From Fimbriosthenelais zetlandica (taxonomy: Eukaryota): 64,000 bases of DNA. The DNA lies in assembly GCA_977030845.1 (NCBI GenBank), contig OZ365112.1, positions 25,854,001 to 25,918,000 on the forward strand, in the 5' to 3' direction. The notes under the pieces were generated by a model. It saw only the letters and a program-made list of their open reading frames with translations. It had not been told where the DNA came from and searched no databases. The first letter of the stretch is position 1. Every line of letters starts with the position of its first letter. Shown here piece after piece: positions 61,564-64,000 of the stretch. A program made the translations under genes and the position numbers.

Positions 61564-64000
61564 GCCGGTTTTCATGTGGCGCTTAGTGTGGTAAAGGGAT
61601 TAGTGGGGACGGCGCGCTGTTGTAAAAGCTTAAGCCACGAACAGCGGCAAGTTGTTTCAGTGTGCGACTGTGCGGCGACGCATAGACGGTGGGAATTAAT
61701 GCGCTCTGACGGCGCGCGTCGCAATCCCGAAAAACCCGCCGCCTGGACATGCTCTGAATGATGTCCAGACCATGACAGGCTGTTAGGATTTGTAACAGTG
61801 TATCTTCTCTGTGTTGTCATTTATTCGGCTCACTCCGACGGCCTCCTAACAACAATATCATGTCAGTGGATGTGATTTCGGCACCGATTGGGCCTGTATG
61901 GCGGTGGGCCGGCTGTGGGAAATGGTGGAAAGCAAACTGATAGATTGCAGTATGATTGGATTAGTCTGTTCTTGATAATCCGGGTATGGGTGAGGAACCA
62001 CACTTCCGGAATGAGTAATGCTCTCTTTGAGGGTCGTTCACCATCGACCTCCAGATAGAGGGATTGGGTCTAGGCTGAGGAAGAAGAAGGATAAAGATGG
62101 CTGCCTTGACCTGCGGGTAACAAGGAAATATATACAAGGTCCGTCCAGGCTACTTAATCACAAGGGTGTGGACACCCAGGAGTGGGGAACTTCATTATAC
62201 AGGGTAATCACTGTCATACTGTAGATGCAATGCTTATAACCTGATGCCTCCAAATGCTAGCATGCATTTCTGCATCCACAATTAATGTTCAAAATAATTG
62301 AGGCACACTCTGTAATCTTTCTGCTTTGATTTTACTTGATAGTTGGTTTGTAATAATGAATATGTTAAGGGAAAACATGGGCTTGTGTTTGCTTGTCAAC
62401 TATACAGACATGCCTTTATTTATAGGTTTTGCAGTATGCCTCTCTGATTAGTCCAGCCTTGACTCATGTACATTCTATGAGCCTGGCTAAATCTGGACCA
62501 GGCTGGCAGACCTGGAGCTCTGACAGACCAGCTCAATGAATGACCAAAACAATAACCAAGCCTGGCACCGATCCCTGTTTATGGGACATTTAGACGGGAG
62601 TAACTCAGGTTTTCATTATAATGCCCTTCCCCTGCCCTCCTAGGTCCTTTCCCCCCTCCTCTATACCGCGTGCTTGGCATAAGAAAGTCGCCCATATTGC
62701 TCAATGCCCGTCAACAGTGCTATTATTATTGGCCTTTGACGTCCACGCTGATTAATTGGACAGTAATACTGGTAAATTATAACACTGTCATGGGGTTTCT
62801 TTACACTTGTAAAAGCTAACCTTACATTGATGGATGTGCCGAGAGTTTTGCAAAGAGTTTTGTATTTGTTGAAGCTAATAGCGTTGAGAAATAAATCATG
62901 AGAATTGGGAGCCATGAGGGAGTATTTGTCGTGTAGTTTCTGTTGTATATGCCAACAGTGTGTGTTGTGGTAGAGAAGAGCACGGCATATAGACCAGTCA
63001 TTTATTATACATATTTGTGTTGACAGGGGCCTCGTCCATGGAGGGCTTACCTGTCAGTAGCTCATCAGAAGCCTGCTGTCAGGTGTATCTTTATACCTGC
63101 CCCTGGCTTATCTTCCCCCTCACATCTCAGCCTGTCCATTAAGACAGATAATCGACTGATGACCCAACGGGATGTCACTATTGCCCCGATAGCTCAATGA
63201 TTGGCCAATATTGGACCTTTGGCATACAATATACTCCATGCCAGTTCGTGTTGAGAGCAGCAGAATGGAGCTCTGATTATACATCTGGCACAGAGTATGA
63301 TCCTGGTTTTACCTCATGCAGTGAAGGATGGGCTGGCTTGGTCAGGAAGGCCATGCAGCCTTGGCAGGTGATGGATGTTGGCTTGAGATACCTGAGGTAG
63401 TACAAGATTAGATACTTAACAACGCCATGTTATCTTATGATGGGATAAGTGTGTTGTGTTGACAATACTCCTAAGATGAACCCCTACGCTCAAACTTCCC
63501 AAAGTTTCCTCGGCTCCTTTTCCTTCTAGTTATGCTAAAAGAGTATTGCGTGCAAGCTATTCATACATGCATGTACATATAAGAATTAACTGTTTTTCTC
63601 TATCACCATGGGCATGGCACGATATAGAAGAAAGTACTCTTTTGGTAAACATGAGCACATATAGTTTGAAACAGTTGCACAAAGTTTTCTTTCTATGTTT
63701 CATACGTGTGGAACGTTTCCAAGTTGGTCCCCGTCCATTGAGTGATAGATACATACGTCTAGCCTTTAAGCAATCTGCAGCCCTCATTGCATATGGCATG
63801 ATTACATCGTCTCTATAGCTTCCACTCTTATTTACTTTAGAGGCTCGCAGGGGTGGAGAAGCTGCAAAATGAGACTGGACAATAGATCCTATTATACTAG
63901 TGTCCAAAAACCATGAATGGCCAAATGCATTCGGATCTGGCGGAGATTAAATTGTTTCCCACTGTCCCTTTGTCCTTCAGAAATCTGATCAGGAACAAAA

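Larger units (their letters stand above)
61440..61745. promoter_or_regulatory. CpG-rich, CCAAT/GC-box-containing promoter-like patch (or transposon end)
   Basis: Two GGACCAATCAG (NF-Y-like) motifs, GGGCGG boxes, and about 20 CpG in 61565-61742 against a CpG-poor background. Confidence 0.3.

Noticed and set aside
62018-62224. KDG..LDLR...KYI resembling a DIRS/Gypsy RT motif
   Set aside because: Spacing is off, and the following motifs (DLKDAY, PFG, YxDD) are absent in all frames I read.
63183-63196. GCCCCGATAGCTCA resembling a tRNA 5' end
   Set aside because: No D-arm completion, anticodon arm or B-box (GGTTCRA) follows.

Overview
Animal-like, essentially non-coding genomic DNA, roughly 40% GC by eye. 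The composition suggests an invertebrate such as an amphioxus or echinoderm, but this is inference only. None of the supplied ORFs (longest 164 aa) can be assigned to a protein family, and several of the longer ones come from repeats. I saw no rRNA, tRNA or CRISPR array. The best-supported feature is a complete 6,472-bp non-autonomous EnSpm/CACTA (CMC)-type DNA transposon at 12529-19000. It has 19-bp TIRs (18/19 match), a 2-bp GC target-site duplication, and long CACGTG/CACATG-rich subterminal arrays that include a recently amplified 101-bp unit. The most intriguing signal is a pair of plus-strand sites about 42 kb apart (7709|7710 and 49481|49482). Both have a pyrimidine-rich, AG-free tract, then the identical 12-mer TTGCAG|GTGAGT, then a second GTRAGT donor 57 or 46 nt downstream. 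This matches the described recursive-splice-site/RS-exon layout, but the two could equally be ordinary small exons that join in frame, of a gene whose other exons I could not find. Also present: an array of ~82-bp self-complementary units (4.8-5.2 kb), several minisatellites and GC hairpins, a probable Tc1 transposase remnant, and a CpG/CCAAT/GC-box-rich promoter-like patch near 61.5 kb. I found no intact novel protein-coding system.
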